From positions 41,280 to 105,279 of the forward strand of contig JAAXXG010000001.1 in NCBI GenBank assembly GCA_013334575.1: a stretch of 64,000 nucleotides of DNA. Direction: 5' to 3'. The position numbers were made by a program, and so were the translations under genes. Below, piece after piece: positions 28,250-37,177 of this stretch. The stretch is from Candidatus Moraniibacteriota bacterium (lineage in GTDB: Bacteria; Patescibacteriota; Minisyncoccia; Moranbacterales; UBA1568). Each line of letters starts with the position of its first letter. Position 1 is the first letter of the stretch. Below the pieces are notes generated by a model that did not search any database, was not told where the DNA came from, and saw only the letters and a list, made by a program, of their open reading frames with translations.

Positions 28250-28278
28250 TTGACAAATGTAATATTTTGCGCTAAAGT
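28250..28278 (+). promoter_or_regulatory. sigma70-like promoter TTGACA-17-TAAAGT
   Basis: Read from the sequence. A strong AGGAGG RBS precedes ATG 28385. Confidence 0.55.
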
Positions 28279-28384
28279 GGAAGGCTTCGTTCGATAAAGG
28301 GACCAACGTTATCCTTTTTGCAGAGCGAGGCTCAAACTTCAGTAGTTTTAATAAACCTTTCCGCTCATAGGAGGAGCGGTTATC

Positions 28385-28843
28385 ATGTTAAAAAACATCA
28401 GAAAAGTTGCGTTCGCATTCATGCTGATCGCAACACCGGTAACTATCGGAGTTACAGCAAACGCTTCGGCACAGGTCGTACAGACCTACCAGGCGCCTGC
28501 TTCAGCATCGCTTACGGTGACGAAGCAGGGCGGGAATGCCATTGTCACCTGGAAGGGACTCGATGCTGATGTAGCTTTTGTCGAACACTACATCGGGAAC
28601 GGCAAGAAAGGGGGCTTCATAAAACCCATAAAGGTTCCCGCCGGCGCAAGCAGCGTGGTTCTCGCTGACATCGCCAAGAACGGCGGCCGCTTCAACCTGA
28701 AGATGGCGGACGGGACGTTCCTGCACCTGGAGTGCGGCGGAAACCCGGAAACCACCATGCCGAAGTTCGTCGGCTGTCACGTCGACTGCAGCTGGGTCGA
28801 TACCAGGACCGGACAGCCGGCTGGCGCTCTTGAAGTCGACTAA
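28385..28843 (+). CDS. Small secreted Cys-containing protein (152 aa), apparently strongly expressed
   Basis: Signal peptide MLKNIRKVAFAFMLIATPVTIGVTANASA. Four Cys residues in the C-terminal third. Consensus promoter, AGGAGG RBS and strong terminator. Confidence 0.5.
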   Translation: MLKNIRKVAFAFMLIATPVTIGVTANASAQVVQTYQAPASASLTVTKQGGNAIVTWKGLDADVAFVEHYIGNGKKGGFIKPIKVPAGASSVVLADIAKNGGRFNLKMADGTFLHLECGGNPETTMPKFVGCHVDCSWVDTRTGQPAGALEVD

Positions 28844-28865
28844 CGTCAGTCGACACATACTAAAC

Positions 28866-28906
28866 AAGTCCCCGGTGTGACAAACTCCGGGGCTTGCTTT
28901 TTTTAT
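28866..28906 (+). terminator. Intrinsic terminator
   Basis: agtccccgg...ccggggctt followed by gcttttttta. Confidence 0.65.
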
Positions 28907-28950
28907 AATTATGTAGTATTATATAAGGTCGGTTCGAGAAAAGTATCCGT

Positions 28951-30441
28951 ATGGAACAGGGCGTTTCCGTATCGAAGGCCAATCCGCTTCCGTCAACCGA
29001 GGGAGTCGCTTTCGCGTTTCTCACCGTCCTGCTGTCGGTTGACGCGATTGTGAATGCGTCGTTCGGGTTTTCACTCCCGGTCTTCCTTGCGACGATCGTC
29101 CCGTCAGTCATGCTTTCCTTCCTCTTTCCGCGAGCCGGTCTTGCGGCATCGGTCTCGGTGACGGTCCTCTTCGAACGGTTTTTCACCCTCGCGCCGATCG
29201 TCCTCGGTGAGGCGACCTACAAGCTCTATCCGTTGGACGTCGTCCTTCTGGCGTCGTACTCCGGAATGATCGCGACGGGCCTGCTTCATGAAGGGCGTCG
29301 CCTCCGTCCGCGAATGTCCGACCTGTTTCTCGTCGCGTTCTTCGTGCTCGTGACCGCGATTTTCCTTTCCGATGTCGCTACGCGTTCCGAGGGTATCGCG
29401 ACCGCGTTTTCCACATGGAAGAATTACGTTTTCTATGGATCGGCATATTTCGCCGTCGCCGCCGCGACCAGGTCGATACCCGATCTGCGAGCGGCTTCTC
29501 GGGTATTCGTCGGATCCGTCGCGGTAGCGCTTACTATCCTTGTCATCGGCATCGTACGGGGCGGCGGTCTCTGGACGGAATTCACGCCGCTTTCGACGTC
29601 GGGAACCAGGTTTCTGGCGTTTCCGCACGCGTTCTATTATTCGCTTGCGTTCCTTGTCGTCATGCTGGGGTATTCGGGATCCGATACGAAGGCATCGGAT
29701 CGGGATCCTCACGGCACCGATCTCGCGCTTCTCCTGTTTCTCGGACTCGGCATCGTCGCGTCGCTGATGCGGCACCTGTGGATCGGTCTCGGTATCACGC
29801 TCCTTTCGGTCGCGATCTTTCGCCTCGCAACGGATGGTCGAAGAATCGTCTCGCGTCTTTTCCGACTCGCGGTTCCGGCGGTCTTCGTCCTTTCCCTGGT
29901 CGCGCTTCTTTTATCGATAGCACCTTCCTTCGTCGGTGACGTCGATCTTTCCGATGCCGTTTCCGTCATCAGGGAACGGGTTATCTCGATCGGAAATACG
30001 ACCGATGAGAGTCTCGTGTGGCGGGACGAGGTCTGGCACAGCGCGATAGCCAGATTCGCGGAACGCCCGGTCTTCGGGCTCGGATTCGGAGCGAGCGTTC
30101 CGGTGGAGTTCGGTGACTATCGTCAGTATGTCGAGGTCCGGAACATGCACAATTCCTGGCTTGCGCTCCTTATACAGACGGGCATCGTCGGCGGCGTCAT
30201 TTTCGCATCCTTTCTCGGGTTTCTGTTCTTCGATCTCTTCCGTTCGGCCTCGCGTTCTTCCGTGTTCCTGTCGGCGGGAAGAATCCTGACCGCATTGGCT
30301 TTTTTCCAGGGGCTCGTCTTTTTCTCGCAACCGTATCTGGAAACCAATCTGCTCGGAATCTTCTTCTGGATCACTCTCGGCTTGATCCGTTCGCTGCCGG
30401 ATATGAAAGCCGGTCCCAGCAAAGGTGTGACGACGATCTGA
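28951..30441 (+). CDS. O-antigen ligase/polymerase family membrane protein (Wzy_C domain)
   Basis: About 12 TM helices. HNSWLALLIQTGIVGGVIF matches the O-antigen ligase signature region. Confidence 0.6.
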   Translation: MEQGVSVSKANPLPSTEGVAFAFLTVLLSVDAIVNASFGFSLPVFLATIVPSVMLSFLFPRAGLAASVSVTVLFERFFTLAPIVLGEATYKLYPLDVVLLASYSGMIATGLLHEGRRLRPRMSDLFLVAFFVLVTAIFLSDVATRSEGIATAFSTWKNYVFYGSAYFAVAAATRSIPDLRAASRVFVGSVAVALTILVIGIVRGGGLWTEFTPLSTSGTRFLAFPHAFYYSLAFLVVMLGYSGSDTKASDRDPHGTDLALLLFLGLGIVASLMRHLWIGLGITLLSVAIFRLATDGRRIVSRLFRLAVPAVFVLSLVALLLSIAPSFVGDVDLSDAVSVIRERVISIGNTTDESLVWRDEVWHSAIARFAERPVFGLGFGASVPVEFGDYRQYVEVRNMHNSWLALLIQTGIVGGVIFASFLGFLFFDLFRSASRSSVFLSAGRILTALAFFQGLVFFSQPYLETNLLGIFFWITLGLIRSLPDMKAGPSKGVTTI

Positions 30442-30449
30442 CTCGACGT

Positions 30450-31673
30450 ATGCGTATTCTCGAAGTCAACAAGTTCTGCTACGGACGCCGCGGTGCCGAG
30501 CGGCATTTTCTCGATGTGATCGGCCTCTTGTCGCGAAACGGACACGACGTGGCCGTTTTCTCGATGCGTGATCCGCGGAATTGTCCGACGGGACACCCTG
30601 AATATCTCCTCAGCAGAGCCGGTTTCGCATCCGGTGATCATACCGGACCCCGGGAGTTCGCCAAAGGGATCGGCCGGCTATTCTGGTCCTTCGAGGGGCG
30701 ACGGCTCATGCGGCGGGCGCTCGAGGAATTCGATCCCGATATCGTCCATATCCACAACGCGTACCATCAGTTGTCCCCCTCGTTCTTTCCGGTCATTCGC
30801 TATCGGGGTATTCCGATCGTCCTGACGGTGCACGATTATCATATCGTCTCGCCGGACAAGGACGCCTATCATGATGAAGTCGGAACGGCGTACTGGAAAT
30901 ACCTGCGGATCGGACGGGATCCTCTTCCGAAGCGGATCCTGCTCGTGCTTCGAGCCTATGCCGACCGGTTGGCCGGATATTATACCCGCCATGTCGACGT
31001 CTTCATAGCTCCGAGCCGGTTCGTGGCGGATACGCTTATCCGTGCCGGAATCCCGGCGCGGAAGATCGTCATCGTACCGCATTTCGTTTCGGAAGAATTC
31101 CTGCCGGAGGCAGGTAGCCGCGTTCGGGCGGAGGTCGGTCCGTACGCCTTGTATGCCGGAGCCGTCGCGCCGGAGAAGGGGATCGGTAACCTCGTTTCGG
31201 TATTCGAAAAGCTCCGATATCCGCTTGTTCTTGCCGGCAGACGCACGATGGACATACCGTCGTCGAGGTATGTCAGGTATGCGGGTGACCTTACCCGCGA
31301 AGAACTCGGACCATTGATGAGCGGCGCATCCTTCGTCGTCAGCGCCTCGAGACTCAACGAGACGTTCGGACTGATCGCCCTTGAGGCGAACGCGGCCGGA
31401 AAGGCGTTCGTCGGTTATTCGGTCGGAGCCTTTCCGGAAATGATCGAGAACGGCGTGAACGGATGGCTTGCGGATACGGACAAGTCGTTCGAGCGATCGC
31501 TTGAAGGGCTGATTTCGGGACGAAAACGGTTGCCGGAAGCGGAGAGTCTCCGACGTCGTTCCCGCGAACGATACGGGGCTGATCGGTATCATCGTTCGCT
31601 GGAGTCCGTGTACCGCGACACGATAGCAAAAAAGCCGGCTCAGGACACGATGATCCGTCCGTCGAGCGCATGA
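30450..31673 (+). CDS. Glycosyltransferase family 4
   Basis: MRILEVNKFCYGRRGAERH (GT4 N-terminal domain). C-terminal EXFG motif (NETFGLIALEANAAGKAFV). Confidence 0.75.
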   Translation: MRILEVNKFCYGRRGAERHFLDVIGLLSRNGHDVAVFSMRDPRNCPTGHPEYLLSRAGFASGDHTGPREFAKGIGRLFWSFEGRRLMRRALEEFDPDIVHIHNAYHQLSPSFFPVIRYRGIPIVLTVHDYHIVSPDKDAYHDEVGTAYWKYLRIGRDPLPKRILLVLRAYADRLAGYYTRHVDVFIAPSRFVADTLIRAGIPARKIVIVPHFVSEEFLPEAGSRVRAEVGPYALYAGAVAPEKGIGNLVSVFEKLRYPLVLAGRRTMDIPSSRYVRYAGDLTREELGPLMSGASFVVSASRLNETFGLIALEANAAGKAFVGYSVGAFPEMIENGVNGWLADTDKSFERSLEGLISGRKRLPEAESLRRRSRERYGADRYHRSLESVYRDTIAKKPAQDTMIRPSSA

Positions 31674-33751
31674 GACAGCGATCCGTCCGGATAGACGGAG
31701 AGCGGATTGATGTCGAGTTCGGCGATCTGCGGAAAATCCTCGACGAGACGCGAAAGGCGAACTATACAATCGGTCAGGACGTCGAGATCGACCGCGCGTT
31801 CCCCGCGGATGCCGGAAAGGATCGGAAACGAGCGGAGTTCGGACAGCATTTCCTTGCCGTCCTCGTGCGTGACCGGAGCGAAGCGGGATGCGGCATCGCG
31901 GATCGCTTCCGTGTAGATCCCGCCCATCCCGACCAGGATCACCGTTCCGAGTCCGGGTTCGCGCTTCGCCCCGAGAATGATTTCCTTTCCTCCCGGTGAA
32001 GCCATCTCCATGACGGTCACCCCGTCGAGATGCGCGTTGGGCCGATGCGAACGGACGCGTGCCATGAGGCGACCGAATTCGGAGGCGACGTCCTCCGGCG
32101 GCACGTCGAGCGAGACGCCGCCGACATCGGTCTTATGCGATATATCCGACGACGAGATCTTGAGCGCGACGGAACGTCCGAACGTGCGCGCGATCGAGGC
32201 TGCTTGTGACGGCTCGGTCGCGAGTTCCGAACGGAGGAGCGGAAAGCCGTATGCGCCGAGAACTTCGAAGACTTCGGACTGGGTCAATGCGTAGCGGGAT
32301 TCCCGTGCGACCGCGCGGAACACGGATTCCGCGCGCGAGGTATCGATGTTCCCGAGGCGTCGTTTGCCCGAGACGTGTCGGAGATGCCAGGCGCCGGCCT
32401 GCGCAAGGTGCCCCAGTGTCCTCGTGGCGTCCTCGGGGTAGGTGAATACGGTGACGCCGCCCTCCCGAAGAACGGTGACGCCTTGTTCGACGGCGCGTCC
32501 GCCGGCAAAGACAGCGATGACGGGTTTCCCGGAGAGCCGTTTCGTCCTGACGATCTCGTGTGCGGTCTCTTCGGCCTCCGTCATGGATTGAGGGGTGAGT
32601 ATGACGAGAATCGCATCGATTCCATCGTCTTTTCCGACGACGTCCAGCGCGATGCGATACCGATCGCTCCTCGCGTCTCCGAGCAGGTCGATCGGATTGC
32701 CGACACTCGCGGCGGACGGAAGATGCGGACGGAGCGATGCGGCCGATCGTTCGGAAAGCGGAAGGATATCGAGTCCTGCGCGGGTGGCGGCATCGGCCGC
32801 GACGACGCCGAGTCCTCCGGCATTCGTGACGATGGCGACGCGACGACCGGGCGGGAGTGGGTTCTCGGAGAACGCCGCCGCCGTATCGATAAAATCCCTG
32901 ATGCTCTCCGCACGGATGACGTGAGCCTGGCGGAACAGGGCATCATACGATGAGTCGGAGCCCGCAAGCGATCCGGTATGGGAGCCGGAGGCGCGCTTTC
33001 CGGACTCGGTCTGTCCCGACTTGAGAACGATGATCGGTTTCGGTTCGCGCTTCGCGAGCGTCGCGCGACCGAGCGTCACGAACGACGCCGCATCGGAAAG
33101 GTCCTCCGAATACATCGCGATAACCCGCGTGTCCGGGTCTTCCGAAAGGTATTTGATAAGGGTCTTCTCGTCCAATACCGTCTTGTTCCCGGTACTCACG
33201 AATTTGGAGAAGCCGACCCGCCCGTCAGTCAGGTCGAGAATCGCGGTCATGAGCGCCCCGCTCTGCGAAAGAAGCCCGATGGAACCGCGTTTCGGCAGCC
33301 GGGATGCGAAGGAGGCGTTCAGACCGATCGCCGGATGCAGGAATCCGAGACAGTTCGGGCCGAGAAGGGCTATGCCGGATTCTTTGGCGATATCCGCGAT
33401 TTCACGCTCGAGAGCGAGACCGTCCGGGCCGGTCTCCCGGAAACCGGCGGAGACGACGACCGCGGCAGGTGAACCGATATCCGCCGACTGCCGAAGTATT
33501 TCCGGAACCGATGCCGCGGGCACCGCGATGATGACGAGGTCGGGTACGGCCTTCAGGGAGGCGAGATCGGGATGGCAGCGGACCCCGTAGAGTTCGTCGG
33601 CATTCGGGTTCACGAGGAAGACCTTTCCCGGGTACCCCCCGTAGACGAGATTCTTTGCTATGTCGTTGCCGACGCTGCCGATGCGGGCGGATGCACCGAC
33701 GAGGGCGACGGACTTCGGGGAGAAGAGGGAATCCAAGGGGGAGCGTTTCAT
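31640..33751 (-). CDS. ADP-forming acetyl-CoA synthetase / NDP-forming acyl-CoA synthetase (fused alpha-beta)
   Basis: 703 aa. CoA-binding N-terminus SVALVGASARIGSVG, a succinyl-CoA-synthetase-like flavodoxin domain and an ATP-grasp C-terminus. Typical of fermentative anaerobes and archaea. Confidence 0.8.
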   Translation of the reverse strand: MKRSPLDSLFSPKSVALVGASARIGSVGNDIAKNLVYGGYPGKVFLVNPNADELYGVRCHPDLASLKAVPDLVIIAVPAASVPEILRQSADIGSPAAVVVSAGFRETGPDGLALEREIADIAKESGIALLGPNCLGFLHPAIGLNASFASRLPKRGSIGLLSQSGALMTAILDLTDGRVGFSKFVSTGNKTVLDEKTLIKYLSEDPDTRVIAMYSEDLSDAASFVTLGRATLAKREPKPIIVLKSGQTESGKRASGSHTGSLAGSDSSYDALFRQAHVIRAESIRDFIDTAAAFSENPLPPGRRVAIVTNAGGLGVVAADAATRAGLDILPLSERSAASLRPHLPSAASVGNPIDLLGDARSDRYRIALDVVGKDDGIDAILVILTPQSMTEAEETAHEIVRTKRLSGKPVIAVFAGGRAVEQGVTVLREGGVTVFTYPEDATRTLGHLAQAGAWHLRHVSGKRRLGNIDTSRAESVFRAVARESRYALTQSEVFEVLGAYGFPLLRSELATEPSQAASIARTFGRSVALKISSSDISHKTDVGGVSLDVPPEDVASEFGRLMARVRSHRPNAHLDGVTVMEMASPGGKEIILGAKREPGLGTVILVGMGGIYTEAIRDAASRFAPVTHEDGKEMLSELRSFPILSGIRGERAVDLDVLTDCIVRLSRLVEDFPQIAELDINPLSVYPDGSLSHALDGRIIVS

Positions 33752-33850
33752 ATCGGTGTCTCTTTGCCCCCATTGTACGGGAATGGCGTCTTATTGACAA
33801 AAAATGGCTTCCTTGATATCATAGCCCGTTAATCATTGAGCGGGTGACGT

Positions 33851-34792
33851 ATGACTTTTCATGGGCGTTTTCACGTAAAATACGCCATTCTGGCGGTCGT
33901 TCTGGCGATGATCGTCCTGGTTCCGGCTGTCGTTTTCGGAAGTTCGCGAACCATTCATGTGGACGATGACGCCGATGGGACGCAGGACGGTTCGTACTCG
34001 CATCCGTATCGGAAGATCGGCGACGCGCTGAAGCATGCCGAAGAGGGTGACGAGGTATACGTCCATAACGGGACGTACGACGAGAACGTCACCATTCCGA
34101 AGGGCGTGAAGGTGAAAGGTAATTACAAGGATCGGAGCAAGGTCGTCATCGACGGGGACAAGGATGAGCCGACCGTGTCCATGAAGCACGAATCGGAATT
34201 GAGTTTCGTTACGGTGAAGGACGGACGTCATGGCATATCGGTCCGTGAGGACGCGAAAGCGAAGCTGTTCGACGTCGTCGTAAAGGGGGCGGAGCGTGAC
34301 GGCATACATGCCTATTCCGCACCCCGCGAGAAGAACCGCCGTCTGTACGCGGAAAAGGTGGAGGTAAGAGGGAGCGGTAAGGCCGGTATCTTTTCCGAGA
34401 AGCGTTACGTGGTGCTCGTCAACTGCGATATTCATGACAATGCGAACGACGGGATCGACTTCCTTGCCGGCACGAAGGCGTGGCTCGAGGACGTCCGTTC
34501 GAACGATAACCGCGGCAGCGGATGGAAGCTCGTGCTTGATGGTGCCGAAATCTGGACGAAGAACGATCAGTTCCGGCGGAACGGACGCGAGGGGGTGCTG
34601 GTGGAAAGCTTCGGAGCGGCCGGAAAGTTCGGACTGAAGCAGTCGAAAACCGTCGAAAACAAGCGATGGGGAGTCGCGCTCGTCGCGCGCGGCGCGGCCG
34701 CATCCGGCATGTGGAAGAACGTCTTCCTGGAGAAGGACTCGTCCTGGGGAAACGGCTTCGGTGACGTTTCGAGCGTGATCGTCACGCGATAG
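33851..34792 (+). CDS. Secreted right-handed parallel beta-helix repeat protein (pectate-lyase-like fold)
   Basis: Signal peptide. NGTYDENVTIPKGVKVKG, DGIHAYS, NDGIDF and NRGSGWKL repeat rungs. Confidence 0.5.
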   Translation: MTFHGRFHVKYAILAVVLAMIVLVPAVVFGSSRTIHVDDDADGTQDGSYSHPYRKIGDALKHAEEGDEVYVHNGTYDENVTIPKGVKVKGNYKDRSKVVIDGDKDEPTVSMKHESELSFVTVKDGRHGISVREDAKAKLFDVVVKGAERDGIHAYSAPREKNRRLYAEKVEVRGSGKAGIFSEKRYVVLVNCDIHDNANDGIDFLAGTKAWLEDVRSNDNRGSGWKLVLDGAEIWTKNDQFRRNGREGVLVESFGAAGKFGLKQSKTVENKRWGVALVARGAAASGMWKNVFLEKDSSWGNGFGDVSSVIVTR

Positions 34793-34823
34793 GTTTCGTG
34801 CCCGAGAAAGATAAGCGGAGGAC

Positions 34824-35972
34824 ATGAAGATCGCATTCATCGGACAGAAGGGGATTCCGGCGAAGTCCGGCGGGGTAGAGACCCACGTCGGACATCTTGC
34901 CGCGCGTCTCGCCGCAGCCGGTCACGAGGTGACCGTTTACGCGCGGTCGAACTATACCGACAAGACGCTGCGCTCATGGCGCGGCGTCCGGATCGTCACG
35001 CTTCCCAGCATTCCGACGAAGCATCTTGATGCCATCTCGCACACGGCGTTCGCGACGATACACGCTCTCTTCCGCCGATACGACGTGATCCATTATCAGT
35101 CGATCGGACCGAGCACGCTCGCCATCATACCGCGGATCCTTCTCCGTCGGACCGCCGTTATCTCGACCTTCCATAGTCGGGACTATTTCCACGGAAAGTG
35201 GGGGGTCGTCGCGAAGGCGTTCCTGCGTTTCGCCGAGCGATGCGCCTGCCGCTTTCCGCATCGGACGATAGCCGTTTCCAAGGGCATGTCCGAATACGCG
35301 CAAAAACGGTACGGAAGAGAGATCCCGTATGTTCCGAACGGGGCCGAGGCGATACGACCGGACTCGGATGCGTTCCTGACCGGGTTCGGACTCCGCGAGA
35401 AGCGGTATGTCCTCGCCGTTTCACGCCTCGTGGCACATAAGGGAATCCATCATCTTATCCGAGCTTTTCTGGAGCTCGAGGATACCGGACGGTTGCCGAA
35501 CAATTTCCGACTCGCGATCGTCGGAGCGAATGCGGGAACGCCGGGATACGAGCGTCATCTGCGGAAGATGTCCGAAGGACGTGAAAGCGTCCTGTTTCTC
35601 GGGGAGCAGACCGGTGAGGCGCTTGCCGAACTCTTCGCGAATGCGGCCATGTTCGTGCAGCCTTCGGAGGACGAGGGACTTTCCATCGCGCTGCTTGAAG
35701 CCATGAGCTACCGGCTCCCGATAGTCGCTACCAATATAACCGGAAACGAGGAAGCCTTGTCCGATTCCGGCATGTACTGCGAACCGAAGGACGTGGAATC
35801 CCTGAAAGGGGCGCTCGCCAGGATGCTGAGTCGTCCGGATCTCATGAAGGAATACGGGGAACGTGCCGGCAGGCGGGCATCCGAGGAATATGGCTGGGAC
35901 GCCATAGCCCGGAGGACGATGTCGTTGTATTCGGAAACGCTCGCTTCGATCGGACGCGTTGAAACGGAATAA
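34824..35972 (+). CDS. Glycosyltransferase family 4
   Basis: MKIAFIGQKGIPAKSGGVETHVGHLA. EXFG-type motif (DEGLSIALLEAMSYRLPIVA). Confidence 0.75.
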   Translation: MKIAFIGQKGIPAKSGGVETHVGHLAARLAAAGHEVTVYARSNYTDKTLRSWRGVRIVTLPSIPTKHLDAISHTAFATIHALFRRYDVIHYQSIGPSTLAIIPRILLRRTAVISTFHSRDYFHGKWGVVAKAFLRFAERCACRFPHRTIAVSKGMSEYAQKRYGREIPYVPNGAEAIRPDSDAFLTGFGLREKRYVLAVSRLVAHKGIHHLIRAFLELEDTGRLPNNFRLAIVGANAGTPGYERHLRKMSEGRESVLFLGEQTGEALAELFANAAMFVQPSEDEGLSIALLEAMSYRLPIVATNITGNEEALSDSGMYCEPKDVESLKGALARMLSRPDLMKEYGERAGRRASEEYGWDAIARRTMSLYSETLASIGRVETE

Positions 35973-35991
35973 TTCGCTTTCTCGAACTGAC

Positions 35992-37143
35992 ATGGAACGG
36001 AAGGGACGATTCGAAAAGGGAAACGGCAGACGGAACCCGTACATCGTGACGGGATTCGTCGCCGCGGTCGTGATGTTCGGCATGGCGGCCGGAATGTCCT
36101 GGGGGTATCGTGCCGACGTCCCCGTTCTCGCGATCGCAAAGAAGGATTCCGGGACCGATGCGGGCCGTCTTGCCGATGCGCTCGAGTATCTCTCGGAGAC
36201 CTCCCGTTTCCGGAATGCTTTCCTGGAGGAGGTTGACGGATTATCCGTACGCATGGGAGAGGAACCGGTTTCGGACCTTTCCGGCTCCGAACGCCGAAAA
36301 CTCGCCGATTCGATACTCTCCGTTTCGCATACCGGCGAGCACGTGACGGTGACCGGCTATGCCGACGATCCCGAAGCCGCGCGCGACATCGCGCGGACCG
36401 GCGCGCTGTCGCTGTTCCGGTATGCCGCAAAGTACTATGATGTGGATACGGAAGCGGACTTCCGTATCGTCGACGAACCGTCCGTGTCTTCGAGACTTCC
36501 GAACGCGTGGATCCTCCTGCTCGGCAGCGCGATACTCGGAACGCTTCTGACGGCGCTGCTCTTTTCGGTCGTTCCGAAGATCCGCACCGCTTCACGACGG
36601 ACCCCGATCATCTCGATGCCTTTCAACTCGGACATTTTCATGCCGAAACGTCCGGTGTCACCGATATTGACCGGAGATATCGACGGGATCGGCGAATCGG
36701 TTCCGACGGAATCGGGGAAAGAAGAGGCGGCATCCGACAAGTTCTTCGAGCCTGAGCCGGTCCGAAAGGATGCGGGAACCGAAGCGGCACGGTCGACATC
36801 GAAAAAGGCGCCCGCTCCTACCGATATTCCCGTCGCGATGTCCGAAGAGGAACGGAGGTTTCTTGAAGAGTTCAGTTTCGAACAGCCTGCCGGTGCCGAC
36901 CGCGACGAAACGATCGTATCCGAAGCGGAACCGCAGTCGGTATCGGAGGCCGACTCGGAGACGGTCGCAATGATCGATACCGAAAAGGAATCTTCGGTCG
37001 TCGCCGCGCCGACCCGGCCTCAGACCGGTGAAGAGTCCATCAGGAAGTCCGGAGCGGTCGGAATTAGGGATTCCGGCGAACCGCATCCCGTCCCGAGCCG
37101 GGAGGAATACCTGAAACGTCTCAACGAGCTGCTTCGCGGGTAG
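35992..37143 (+). CDS. Hypothetical bitopic membrane protein with Wzz/CapA-like topology and disordered acidic C-terminal tail
   Basis: TM1 is IVTGFVAAVVMFGMAAG, followed by a ~150-aa loop and TM2 WILLLGSAILGTLLTALLF. The start could also be 35959. Confidence 0.3.
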   Translation: MERKGRFEKGNGRRNPYIVTGFVAAVVMFGMAAGMSWGYRADVPVLAIAKKDSGTDAGRLADALEYLSETSRFRNAFLEEVDGLSVRMGEEPVSDLSGSERRKLADSILSVSHTGEHVTVTGYADDPEAARDIARTGALSLFRYAAKYYDVDTEADFRIVDEPSVSSRLPNAWILLLGSAILGTLLTALLFSVVPKIRTASRRTPIISMPFNSDIFMPKRPVSPILTGDIDGIGESVPTESGKEEAASDKFFEPEPVRKDAGTEAARSTSKKAPAPTDIPVAMSEEERRFLEEFSFEQPAGADRDETIVSEAEPQSVSEADSETVAMIDTEKESSVVAAPTRPQTGEESIRKSGAVGIRDSGEPHPVPSREEYLKRLNELLRG

Positions 37144-37177
37144 GGAGGTCATAAGCGGACCGATATCGAGAGATATT

